DNA from: Ruminococcus bicirculans (ex Wegman et al. 2014) | Lineage (GTDB): Bacteria; Bacillota; Clostridia; Christensenellales; DTU072 | DNA length: 62,133 nucleotides | NCBI GenBank assembly: GCA_963642145.1 | Contig: CAVIFU010000004.1 | Span: 1-62,133, forward strand | Reading direction: 5' to 3' | Shown: one piece after another, positions 1 through 7,702 of the stretch | How positions within the stretch are numbered: position 1 is the stretch's first letter | Layout: each line of letters opens with the position of its first letter | Position numbers and translations under genes: made by a program | Notes under the pieces: model-generated | Seen by the model: only the letters and a program-made list of their open reading frames with translations | The model's database searches: none | Told to the model about the DNA's origin: nothing

Positions 1-2
1 TT

Positions 3-94
3 TGGCGGAGAGAGTGGGATTCGAACCCACGATACCCTTTTGAGATATACACGATTTCCAATCGTGCTCCTTAGGCCATCTCGGACATCTCTCC
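3..94 (-). tRNA. tRNA-Ser (anticodon GGA), class II with long variable arm, CCA encoded
   Basis: The reverse complement starts GGAGAGATGTCCGAG. Acceptor stem GGAGAGA/TCTCTCC, anticodon stem CACGA/TCGTG with loop TTGGAAA, T-arm GTGGG-TTCGAAT-CCCAC, discriminator G followed by CCA. Confidence 0.9.
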
Positions 95-107
95 ATTTGC
101 TTGCGCC

Positions 108-154
108 GCTACCGTAATCGCCGTTCACGCTACCGTAATCGCCGTTCACGCTAC
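108..154. repeat. 21-bp direct tandem repeat (2 full copies plus a 5-nt partial) in the spacer between the two tRNAs
   Basis: GCTACCGTAATCGCCGTTCAC occurs at 108-128 and again at 129-149, followed by GCTAC. It lies between the predicted tRNA-Ser promoter and the tRNA 5' end. Confidence 0.9.
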
Positions 155-157
155 GCT

Positions 158-186
158 ATTATACGATATTTCGGCTGCTTTGGCAA
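158..186 (-). promoter_or_regulatory. Sigma-A-type promoter for tRNA-Ser
   Basis: The minus strand reads TTGCCA (181-186), a 17-nt spacer, then TATAAT (158-163). Confidence 0.5.
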
Positions 187-207
187 GTTTTTTCGATATG
201 TTTTTGT

Positions 208-283
208 TGGTGGGTAATAAGGGACTCGAACCCCTGACTTCCTCCATGTGACGGAGGCACTCTACCAACTGAGTTAATTACCC
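208..283 (-). tRNA. tRNA-Val (anticodon CAC), CCA encoded
   Basis: The reverse complement folds as a 76-nt cloverleaf. Acceptor GGGTAAT/ATTACCC, D-stem ACTC/GAGT, anticodon stem CCTCC/GGAGG with loop GTCACAT, T-arm AGGGG-TTCGAGT-CCCTT, A73 then CCA. G at position 32 is unusual. Confidence 0.8.
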
Positions 284-299
284 ACGCGTTTACCATAAT

Positions 300-328
300 A
301 GTATATATGTGAATTTGATTTTTGTAAA
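300..328 (-). promoter_or_regulatory. Candidate promoter for tRNA-Val
   Basis: The minus strand reads TTTACA (323-328), a 17-nt spacer, then TATACT (300-305), about 17 nt upstream of the tRNA 5' end. Confidence 0.4.
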
Positions 329-432
329 GTGTTTTTTTGAATGTGATTAAATCTACATCGAAAGTCGGGCGGCGTTATCTTCGGATTATCGAAAATATCC
401 CCTATTCTTTTTCCGCATAATACCGCAGACAC

Positions 433-470
433 AAAAGAAATTCGGCCCCGTGAAGTTATCCGGAGCCGAA
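433..470 (-). terminator. Rho-independent terminator after mgtE
   Basis: On the minus strand, TTCGGCTCC pairs with GGGGCCGAA (9 bp, one G-U) around a 12-nt loop, followed by TTTCTTTT. Confidence 0.6.
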
Positions 471-491
471 CGGTAAATCTAAGGTTATTTA

Positions 492-2162
492 TTATGCAAG
501 TATTGCAACAGCCAGCGTGCAGTATATGATTAGGGATACCGCGTCCACTATCGTTGTAATAAACGGTGAAGCGACGACTGCCGGGTCTAATTTGCATTTT
601 TTGGCAAGCAAAGGCAAAGTGCAACCGACGATCTTGGATATTACCACGGTTATGAAGAGCGAAAGCGATACGACTGCGCATCTTGCCGCGGTGTAACCCG
701 AATAGCGGAACAGCAAATTGTCTATGAGGAGAAGTTTAACAAAGCACGTCAACGCCAGCACCGCGCCCAACAGGAGCGACGCTCGAAGTTCCTTCCACAG
801 TACTCGGAAGACGTCTTTTGTTTCCAGCTCGTTAAGCGCAAGCGAACGTATTATGGTAACGGATGCTTGGCTGCCGGCATTGCCACCCGTATCCATCATC
901 ATCGGCACGCACGCAAACAGCACCGGGCTTATCGCCGACAAACGCGCCTCATAGGTATTGATTATGAGCCCTGTAAACGTTGCGGACACCATCAACACCA
1001 ATAACCACGGGATTCTGTTCTTGAAGATCTCCCACGTACTCGTTTTGAGATACGGTTTGTCGGAAGGCTTGATTGCGCTGATCTTTTCGATATCTTCCGT
1101 AGCCTCGGCTTGCAATACGTCCATAGCGTCGTCTACCGTGACAATACCTACTATGCGTTTTTCGTCGTCCACGACAGGGATGGCAAGGAATCCGTAGGAG
1201 GAAAGTTTGGTCGCGACGTCCTCTTTGTCGTCATGAGTATGCACCCAAATTACGTTTTCTTCCATGATATCGCCGACGAGCGCGTCCGGTTTGGCAAGCA
1301 AGAGGTCTTTGACGGTAACCACGCCCAAAAGATGTTTGGTCGCGTCCGAAACGTAACAAGTATAAATGGTTTCTTTGTCGATAGCCGTTTCTCTGATACG
1401 TTTGAAAGCTTCTTCTATTGTCATTTCCGGGAACAAAACGACGAATTCAACCGTCATGATGCTGCCGGCGCTATCGTGCGGATACTTCAAAATCTCGTTG
1501 ACATACGTGCGTGTTTCGGCATCGGCGCGAGCAAGCAAACGTCTGACGACGTTCGAGGGCATTTCCTCGATAATATCGACGACGTCGTCTACGAACAACT
1601 CGTCCATGACGCCTTTGAGTTCTTTGTCCGAAAGCTTAGCCAAAAGCTTGGATTGGACGTCCGGCGAAAGCTCTACAAACGTATTTGCCGCCATATCCTT
1701 AGGTAAAAGGCGGAAAACGATTATACACTCGTCTATTTCGAGTTCGTCCAAAATTTCGGCGATATCGACCTCGTTGGTGTTCGTAAGAATTTCTTTGAGC
1801 ACCGCGAATTTGCGATCTGCAAGCAAACTCCTGATTTCTTCCGTGTCGACAATACGGCTTGCGACGGTTGCCGGTAAGCTCTCGATCAAGTCGATGGTGT
1901 CGTCCTCGGACACGGAGTCCATAACGTCTTGCAGTTTGTCCTCATGCAAGCCGTTGATGATATATTCCTGTTTGTCGGGATCTATATCGGTCAAGCACTC
2001 CGCAAGCTTGTCCGAGTCGGTCAAACGACAGACTCTTATAAGGTCTTCGTCTTCGAGTTCGGACAAAAGAGCTACGGCGTCCTTTACGTCGAGTTCCTCA
2101 ATAAAAGCGGCTACTTCGGAATACTCCTTATTAGCCAAAAGAGTTTTAATTCTTTCTTCCAC
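492..2162 (-). CDS. mgtE: Magnesium transporter MgtE (556 aa, GTG start in the track)
   Basis: MgtE N-domain helices, a tandem CBS pair (VGDIMEENV...IVGIVTVDD) and a C-terminal 5-TM domain with the PMMMDTGGNAGSQ motif. The N-terminus is about 100 aa longer than usual. Confidence 0.9.
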   Translation of the reverse strand: MEERIKTLLANKEYSEVAAFIEELDVKDAVALLSELEDEDLIRVCRLTDSDKLAECLTDIDPDKQEYIINGLHEDKLQDVMDSVSEDDTIDLIESLPATVASRIVDTEEIRSLLADRKFAVLKEILTNTNEVDIAEILDELEIDECIIVFRLLPKDMAANTFVELSPDVQSKLLAKLSDKELKGVMDELFVDDVVDIIEEMPSNVVRRLLARADAETRTYVNEILKYPHDSAGSIMTVEFVVLFPEMTIEEAFKRIRETAIDKETIYTCYVSDATKHLLGVVTVKDLLLAKPDALVGDIMEENVIWVHTHDDKEDVATKLSSYGFLAIPVVDDEKRIVGIVTVDDAMDVLQAEATEDIEKISAIKPSDKPYLKTSTWEIFKNRIPWLLVLMVSATFTGLIINTYEARLSAISPVLFACVPMMMDTGGNAGSQASVTIIRSLALNELETKDVFRVLWKELRASLLLGAVLALTCFVKLLLIDNLLFRYSGYTAARCAVVSLSLFITVVISKIVGCTLPLLAKKCKLDPAVVASPFITTIVDAVSLIIYCTLAVAILA

Positions 2163-2176
2163 GATTAAACTTCGTC

Positions 2177-2199
2177 AATAAAACAACGGAATATCCGTT
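2177..2199 (-). terminator. Short attenuator-like hairpin plus U-run inside the mgtE leader
   Basis: The minus strand reads AACGGA-TAT-TCCGTT followed by GTTTTATT, located 15 nt upstream of the mgtE start. The stem is only 6 bp, so it is weak. Confidence 0.35.
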
Positions 2200-2269
2200 A
2201 ACGAAGAACGGGCGCAAGCCACGTCCTACTTCGTCCTACGGAATCCTCATCGCATCGATGATGTTTCAT
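2198..2269 (-). CDS. Candidate 23-aa leader peptide MKHHRCDEDSVGRSRTWLAPVLR upstream of mgtE
   Basis: An ATG sits 8 nt downstream of a perfect AGGAGG (2278-2283). The TAA stop lies in the 5' arm of the leader hairpin. This ORF is not in the supplied track because it is too short. Confidence 0.35.
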   Translation of the reverse strand: MKHHRCDEDSVGRSRTWLAPVLR

Positions 2270-2300
2270 GACTTGCACCTCCTATTTTTAAGATATTGTA

Positions 2301-2329
2301 ATTTTACACCAATTGTGTATGCCTGTCAA
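2301..2329 (-). promoter_or_regulatory. Sigma-A promoter of the mgtE leader
   Basis: The minus strand reads TTGACA (2324-2329), a 17-nt spacer, then TAAAAT (2301-2306). Confidence 0.6.
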
Positions 2330-2419
2330 CCGATAAACAAAAATAGTATTGCGTAGCGTTCGAACGAGCGCGGAGCGATGATTTTGAAACGCCGTCCGCG
2401 CACTCGTATCTCGATTCGG

Positions 2420-3814
2420 TTATTCTCGCTTATCTGACGCCGACGATATCAATCTGCGAGAACGCTCCCTATTGTACTTAAAGACTACTATGAATATCAC
2501 TATGGCGATAACGACGACTACGGATACGGCAACAACCACCCAAATTACCCAAGTAGTATCCTCTTTGCTACTCTTGACGCGCTCCCACATGGATATCGTG
2601 GCGGCGTTCTGAGATCCGAAATCCTTCATTACTCCGAGAGGAGAATCTTTGATTGTCGGATAACGGTTTTCGTCCGCAAAATATTCTTCGGGATCATATT
2701 CGTTTTCTTCGAGTACGGCAAGCGCTTCCGGATCGCTCATAACGACTTCCTTATCCAAAGCCGAGGTATAGCCTATCGCCATGGAGTTGCGCATGGCAAT
2801 ATCCGGACGGCACATGTAATCGATGAAGACAAGAGCCGCCTCTTTGTGCTTATCGTCTATGCCCTTTAACATACACCAACCGTCGAACCATACGTTGCCG
2901 CCTACTTCCGGCACATAGTAATCGAGGTAGTCCGCATCTTCCATAGCCCAGAGCGCGTCCCCTGACCATGCAAGGTCGACGTACGCCCTGTCGGATGTCA
3001 TTTGCGCTTTGCCGAAGTCTACTTCATAGCCCTTGATGACGGAGGATTGCTCGTTGAATATTTCTTCCGCCGCTTTCAAAAGAGTGTCGCCTACCGTGTT
3101 GATGAGCTTATCCGACGGAATATCCTCGTACCCCGAGGGGAGTCTGCCGAGTTCCTTCAAACGCAAAACCGCCGCAACGTAGCTGTCGCGTATGCTGTCC
3201 TTCATGAGGATTTTGCCGTTGAGGTTAGGGTTGTTTGCCGCGTTCCACAATATGCCGTAGCCGGTTGCAATGTCCGCTTCGGTTACCTTATTCTTGTTGT
3301 ACAGTATCCCTAACGTGCCCCACATGTACGGTACAAAGTAATCGCTCATATTTTGCTTAAGCGTTTCTCCGGGCACGGTTATGCCGGTAAACACCTCGTC
3401 TACTTTGTCGTAAATTTCTTGGTTGACGTTCTTTCTGTTGGGTATTTGCGTAGCGTCGAGTTTTTGGAGATAGCCGCCCTGCATCAGTCTCTGAATGGCG
3501 TATTCAGAAGGACAAATCAAATCTATTTTTTCCTCTCCGCGCTCGATTGTGGTAAGCATTATTTCGTTGGTTTCAAAGGTGGAATAAACCAAATCGAGCT
3601 CTATTTTTTTGCCGTACTTGTTGTAATAGTACTCCTTGTAATACTCTTCGAAGTCGTCCTCTATATCCTCTCCGATGTAGTCGCCCCAGTTGTATACTAT
3701 GAGCTTTTGGTATTCCTCCACTCCGTCATCGGAGCCGTTACACCCGGTAAGAGCGATTGCGCCTACGAGAACCATCGATATCAGCGCGATAATGCCGAAT
3801 AAACGCTTTTTCAT
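2420..3814 (-). CDS. potD: Spermidine/putrescine ABC transporter substrate-binding lipoprotein with an extra C-terminal TM helix
   Basis: Lipobox LTGC at the N-terminus and a PotD/PotF-like core (LIVYNWGDYI...). The C-terminus carries WVIWVVVAVSVVVVIAIVIFIVVF followed by a basic tail. An ATGA overlap joins it to potC. Confidence 0.85.
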   Translation of the reverse strand: MKKRLFGIIALISMVLVGAIALTGCNGSDDGVEEYQKLIVYNWGDYIGEDIEDDFEEYYKEYYYNKYGKKIELDLVYSTFETNEIMLTTIERGEEKIDLICPSEYAIQRLMQGGYLQKLDATQIPNRKNVNQEIYDKVDEVFTGITVPGETLKQNMSDYFVPYMWGTLGILYNKNKVTEADIATGYGILWNAANNPNLNGKILMKDSIRDSYVAAVLRLKELGRLPSGYEDIPSDKLINTVGDTLLKAAEEIFNEQSSVIKGYEVDFGKAQMTSDRAYVDLAWSGDALWAMEDADYLDYYVPEVGGNVWFDGWCMLKGIDDKHKEAALVFIDYMCRPDIAMRNSMAIGYTSALDKEVVMSDPEALAVLEENEYDPEEYFADENRYPTIKDSPLGVMKDFGSQNAATISMWERVKSSKEDTTWVIWVVVAVSVVVVIAIVIFIVVFKYNRERSRRLISSASDKRE

Positions 3815-4623
3815 TTTTTATCCCCCTCCGCTTTGGGCGATTTTTTGTAGGAACGCAGGTTGGTCAAAAGAAGTACGAGCACTACCACGAATATGATTAT
3901 GCTGAACACCGGCAACCAGAACGGTTTGAGTCCGCTGGCATTCCTAAGGGAAGAGTAGAGGTAAGTTGAAAGAGTATCTATCCCGGTAGACGCTCCCTTA
4001 TTCAGCTGAGTGATGATAAAGTCGTCCAAGGATATGGTAAACGCCATCACGAATCCGGAAAGGATGCCCGGCAATATAATGGGTAATATTACCTTGAAGA
4101 GGGCTTTGACGGGGTTGGCTCCGAGGTCGAGCGCCGCCTCGTATACGTTGGGATCCATTTGCATGAGGCGCGGCATTACGGACAGTATGACGTAAGGCGT
4201 GCAGAATGAAATGTGCCCGAATATCAACCTAATATAGCCTTGCGGGAACCCAAACGTGCCGAAAAACATCATGAGCGAAACGGCAACGACTATCTCGGAG
4301 TTGATTATGGGGAGTTGGTTGACGTTCTCGACGATCTTGCGAGGAGTCGGGCGCAAGTAGTATATGCCTACGGCGGATATCGATCCGAGCAAGGTAGACG
4401 CAACCGACGCGATAACGGCAATCACTATAGTATTGCGAAGGCTTGTCCACAGTTTGTGCGGAGCGTCCGTAAAAAGCGTCTTGTACGCTTCGAGCGTAAA
4501 GCCATCCGGGAAAGTGAAGTTATTCGTATTGGAGAACGAATAGATAATTATCATGAGTATCGGGGCGTAGATCAGCCCGAGCATTACGATTATGTAAGCT
4601 TTTTCCGCAAGTTTTTTTACCAT
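3811..4623 (-). CDS. potC: Spermidine/putrescine ABC transporter permease
   Basis: A 6-TM BPD_transp_1-type permease with the EAA loop (YEAALDLGANPVKALFKVILP). It overlaps its neighbours on both sides. Confidence 0.9.
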   Translation of the reverse strand: MVKKLAEKAYIIVMLGLIYAPILMIIIYSFSNTNNFTFPDGFTLEAYKTLFTDAPHKLWTSLRNTIVIAVIASVASTLLGSISAVGIYYLRPTPRKIVENVNQLPIINSEIVVAVSLMMFFGTFGFPQGYIRLIFGHISFCTPYVILSVMPRLMQMDPNVYEAALDLGANPVKALFKVILPIILPGILSGFVMAFTISLDDFIITQLNKGASTGIDTLSTYLYSSLRNASGLKPFWLPVFSIIIFVVVLVLLLTNLRSYKKSPKAEGDKK

Positions 4624-5432
4624 AAGTTCTTAGCCGCCTCCCCTTTGTTGATTTTGCCCATTAAGAAGTTGGAAACAAGCACCAGCGCAAGCATTATCAA
4701 GCTCATGACGCTGCCCACGCCGTAGAGTTGATTTTCAAACTTCATATTGATGCTGTCGCCGAACAATACTATGCTGTTGTTGGAGAGCATTTGCGATATG
4801 GCAAATGCGGATATTGTGGGGATAAACACCATGGTTATACCGCTCATTATCCCGGGCAGAGATAGCGGAAGGGTGGTTTTGACAAACGTCGTTACGGGAT
4901 TCGCGCCAAGGTCCTGCGCAGCCTCCGCGTAACACTTATCTATATTGCTTATAGTGGTATGCAGCGGTAAAATCATGAACGGAATAAAGTTATACACCAT
5001 GCCGAATATTACCGTGCCCATGCCGAGAGATATTTCCAAATTCTCGAATATCGTTTGCAATGCGTAGGTGCGGATGAGGAAGTTGACCCACATCGGGAAC
5101 ATGAACAACAGCACGATTATACTGCCCGACGACCACTTACTCAAAATGTAGGCAACCGGATAGCCGAGTAACAGGCACAGCGCGGTAGTAATGAGCCCTA
5201 CCGCCAAGGAAACGCCGAGCACTTTGAGGCTGGCGCCGTCGGTAGCGAGCGCTTTGAAGTTTTCAAAGCTGAATTTGCCGTCCGCGATAAAGGCGTTGAC
5301 AAGCACGATTACAAGCGGAATTACGACGAATAAGAGCAAAAACAATATGTAAGGATACGAAAATACGCTCCTCGTCAAGCGAAAATTCTTAACCTTTTTG
5401 ACAAGTTTTTGTCCGAGTTCTTTTATTTTCAT
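4617..5432 (-). CDS. potB: Spermidine/putrescine ABC transporter permease
   Basis: A permease with the EAA loop (YAEAAQDLGANPVTTFVKTTLP), overlapping potA by 4 nt. Confidence 0.9.
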   Translation of the reverse strand: MKIKELGQKLVKKVKNFRLTRSVFSYPYILFLLLFVVIPLVIVLVNAFIADGKFSFENFKALATDGASLKVLGVSLAVGLITTALCLLLGYPVAYILSKWSSGSIIVLLFMFPMWVNFLIRTYALQTIFENLEISLGMGTVIFGMVYNFIPFMILPLHTTISNIDKCYAEAAQDLGANPVTTFVKTTLPLSLPGIMSGITMVFIPTISAFAISQMLSNNSIVLFGDSINMKFENQLYGVGSVMSLIMLALVLVSNFLMGKINKGEAAKNLW

Positions 5433-6892
5433 TCTTCTACGGTCCTCTTGATCTCTTCTATGATAATCTTATCCGGCTCAACGTTGAGTCCTACCCTATC
5501 GCCTTTGAGCCAATCGTCCTCTGTGTCCACAAAGAAGTTGAAGTAGTTATCCGCGCGAATGATGCATTGATAATAGCTGCCCTTGTAAATACTGCTCACC
5601 ACTTCGCCGCCGATGACGCCGTCGTCCTCGTCGTCGGTGACCCGAACGTCGTCAAAATCGATTTTGACTCTGACGGGAGTGCCTCCCGGGAGATCGGAAT
5701 TGCACTTGAATTTGCCACCGCAGATCTCCACCACGCCTTCTTCCCACATCTCGGTTTCGATTTCGTTGATGATACGGGCTTTGTGCATGATATGGAAGTC
5801 GAACGGCTTGATAAACACGCCTATGGTATCTCCCTTGGAGACCTCGGTGTTGTCGTGTATCAAAATCTCGTTTTCGCCGTCTACAAGCGCTATGATTTGA
5901 TAGTGATCGCCCTTGAACACGCAAGAATCTACAACCGCCTCCATCATGGAAGCCGGGTTATCGGGCGGCAAAATGAATATGTCCTCGGGACGAATAATCA
6001 AGTCTATGGGTTCGTCCTTTTTGAAGCCCTTGTCCACACACTCGAAAACTCTGTCGAACAGCTCGACGCGGTAGTCTTCACGCATACATCCCGAAAAAAT
6101 GTTGGACTCGCCTATAAAGTCGGCGACGAACGCGTTGGCAGGCTCGTCGTATATCTTTTGTGGCGTGGCAATTTGCTGTATGACGCCGTCGCGCATGACG
6201 ACTATCGTGTCGCTCATGGTAAGCGCCTCTTCTTGGTCGTGCGTAACGTAAATAAAGGTTATGCCTATTTGCTTATGCATATTCATAAGTTCTATTTGCA
6301 TATCCTTGCGCATTTTGAGATCCAGCGCGCCCAAAGGCTCGTCGAGGAGCAATACTTCCGGCTCGTTGACGAGCGCTCTTGCTATGGCTACGCGCTGTTG
6401 TTGTCCGCCGGACAAGCTGTTTACGTTGCGGTGACCGTAATCTTCGAGGTCGACAAGTTTAAGGGCGGCGTTGACTTTTTCTTTTATCTCGGACTTGGTA
6501 AGCTTGCGCAACTTCTCGTACTCGTTGCCCTTGCGGTCTTTGTACGTTATGCCGGTAGGCACGCGCTTCTCTTTGAGTCCGAACGCTATGTTGTTAAAAA
6601 CGTTCAGGTGCGGGAACAACGCGTACTTCTGGAAAACGGTATTTACGTTGCGTAGGTGTGGAGGAGTATCGGTAATATCCTTGCCGTTGAACATTATGCT
6701 GCCGGAAGTCGGTTTTTCAAACCCGGCAATCATACGGAGCGTAGTAGTCTTGCCGCAACCCGAAGGTCCCAAAAAAGTTACGAACTCTCCGCGCTTGATG
6801 GCAAAGCTGACGTTTTTGACTACCGGTTTGCCGTCATAGTCTTTGCATATGTTCTTCAACTCGATAATGGCGTCTTTGGTGTTCTTTTCCAT
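5429..6892 (-). CDS. potA: Spermidine/putrescine ABC transporter ATPase, long form (487 aa from MEKNTK)
   Basis: Walker A GPSGCGKTT, signature LSGGQQQRVAIARA, Walker B LLLDEPL. I chose the ATG at 6892 (GAGG 6 nt upstream) over the track start at 6928, which would overlap the upstream regulator gene. Confidence 0.9.
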   Translation of the reverse strand: MEKNTKDAIIELKNICKDYDGKPVVKNVSFAIKRGEFVTFLGPSGCGKTTTLRMIAGFEKPTSGSIMFNGKDITDTPPHLRNVNTVFQKYALFPHLNVFNNIAFGLKEKRVPTGITYKDRKGNEYEKLRKLTKSEIKEKVNAALKLVDLEDYGHRNVNSLSGGQQQRVAIARALVNEPEVLLLDEPLGALDLKMRKDMQIELMNMHKQIGITFIYVTHDQEEALTMSDTIVVMRDGVIQQIATPQKIYDEPANAFVADFIGESNIFSGCMREDYRVELFDRVFECVDKGFKKDEPIDLIIRPEDIFILPPDNPASMMEAVVDSCVFKGDHYQIIALVDGENEILIHDNTEVSKGDTIGVFIKPFDFHIMHKARIINEIETEMWEEGVVEICGGKFKCNSDLPGGTPVRVKIDFDDVRVTDDEDDGVIGGEVVSSIYKGSYYQCIIRADNYFNFFVDTEDDWLKGDRVGLNVEPDKIIIEEIKRTVEE

Positions 6893-6900
6893 GCTAACCT

Positions 6901-7434
6901 CTAAAAATTGCTGGGCGTGGTTACCCAAATTATTTTTGCTTCACGCGTGCCCGCGTTGATTATTTTGTGTTCGCGCGCGCCGTCTACGTAGAATGCCTCC
7001 CCGCGCTTGGCGGTGTGCTGTTTGCCGTCGACTTCCAAAATTATCTTGCCGTCCACGACGTAACCGAATTCTTCCCCCTCGAACGGATACCTTACTTCAC
7101 TTTCGCCGCCCTCGGGCAGGATAAGCATTATCGGCTCCATATCGTTCTTTTGGGAATTGGGAATAAGCCAAGTGCTCGTGCCCGTGCCGTTTGCGGACTC
7201 AAAGAAATCGGCTTTGCCGAAAACTACTTGTTCGTCCTTCTCCTCTGCAAAAAATTGTTGAAGAGTCACCCCGAGTACGTTCAAAATGTCCGTAAGCGTA
7301 GCGATCGACGGGCTGGCGAGATCGTTTTCCAACTGACTGATAAAGCCCTTGGTCAGCTCGGCGCGCATGGCGAGTTCCTCCTGCGTTAAGCCGCGACGCA
7401 ACCTGATAGACTTGATTTTTGCTCCGATCTCCAT
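6901..7434 (-). CDS. XRE-family HTH plus cupin transcriptional regulator (PuuR-like)
   Basis: N-terminal HTH_3 (IKSIRLRRGLTQEELAMRAELTKGFISQLEN) and a C-terminal cupin (GEEFGYVVDGKIILEV...GEAFYV). It is the first gene of the pot operon. Confidence 0.85.
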   Translation of the reverse strand: MEIGAKIKSIRLRRGLTQEELAMRAELTKGFISQLENDLASPSIATLTDILNVLGVTLQQFFAEEKDEQVVFGKADFFESANGTGTSTWLIPNSQKNDMEPIMLILPEGGESEVRYPFEGEEFGYVVDGKIILEVDGKQHTAKRGEAFYVDGAREHKIINAGTREAKIIWVTTPSNF

Positions 7435-7449
7435 ACAGCCTCCGTTTTA

Positions 7450-7464
7450 GGCGCAATTTGCGCC
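7450..7464. promoter_or_regulatory. Perfect 15-bp palindrome between the -10 and the RBS of the regulator-pot operon (operator candidate)
   Basis: GGCGCAA-T-TTGCGCC. The 1-nt centre is too small for an RNA hairpin loop, so a dimeric protein binding site is more likely. Confidence 0.35.
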
Positions 7465-7477
7465 GTTCGATACGCAT

Positions 7478-7506
7478 ATAATATCAAGACGTAACACTGC
7501 TGTCAA
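7478..7506 (-). promoter_or_regulatory. Sigma-A promoter of the puuR-like/potABCD operon
   Basis: The minus strand reads TTGACA (7501-7506), a 17-nt spacer, then TATTAT (7478-7483). Confidence 0.6.
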
Positions 7507-7635
7507 ACATTTTGATTATAATTATTAAACTTATTTTTGTTTACCAATACTAAACTATTTGTCATATAGTAATCCCGATGACGTTATGCCGTTTCGGCTT
7601 GACTCGGATGCGCCGAGCAACGGAAAACTCCGCAC

Positions 7636-7688
7636 AAAAAAAGAGCTACCTAATTGAGGTGAACCCCAATTTAGCAGGCAGCTCTTTC
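7636..7688 (-). terminator. Rho-independent terminator after the giant gene
   Basis: The minus strand forms a long imperfect hairpin, AAAGAGCTGCC...GGTAGCTCTTT, followed by a run of 7 T. Confidence 0.65.
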
Positions 7689-7702
7689 GGATTGGGTTTT
7701 TA

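Noticed and set aside
108-154. A CRISPR-like array.
   Set aside because: There are only two directly abutting 21-bp copies with no spacers, and no cas genes anywhere in the window.
274-681. A 135-aa ORF spanning the mgtE terminator and the tRNA-Val promoter region.
   Set aside because: It overlaps the 3' end of mgtE and crosses a terminator and a promoter. It has no RBS and no recognisable family.
2163-2300. An M-box (ykoK) Mg2+ riboswitch upstream of mgtE.
   Set aside because: This is the expected element for firmicute mgtE. However, the leader is only ~135 nt and I could not find the conserved M-box cores from memory. A covariance-model search is needed, so I reported it as an attenuator candidate instead.
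2340-2419. A terminator after potD.
   Set aside because: There is an imperfect GC-rich inverted repeat (GAGTGCGCGGA...TCCGCGCTC on the minus strand), but no adjacent T-run, so I did not call it.
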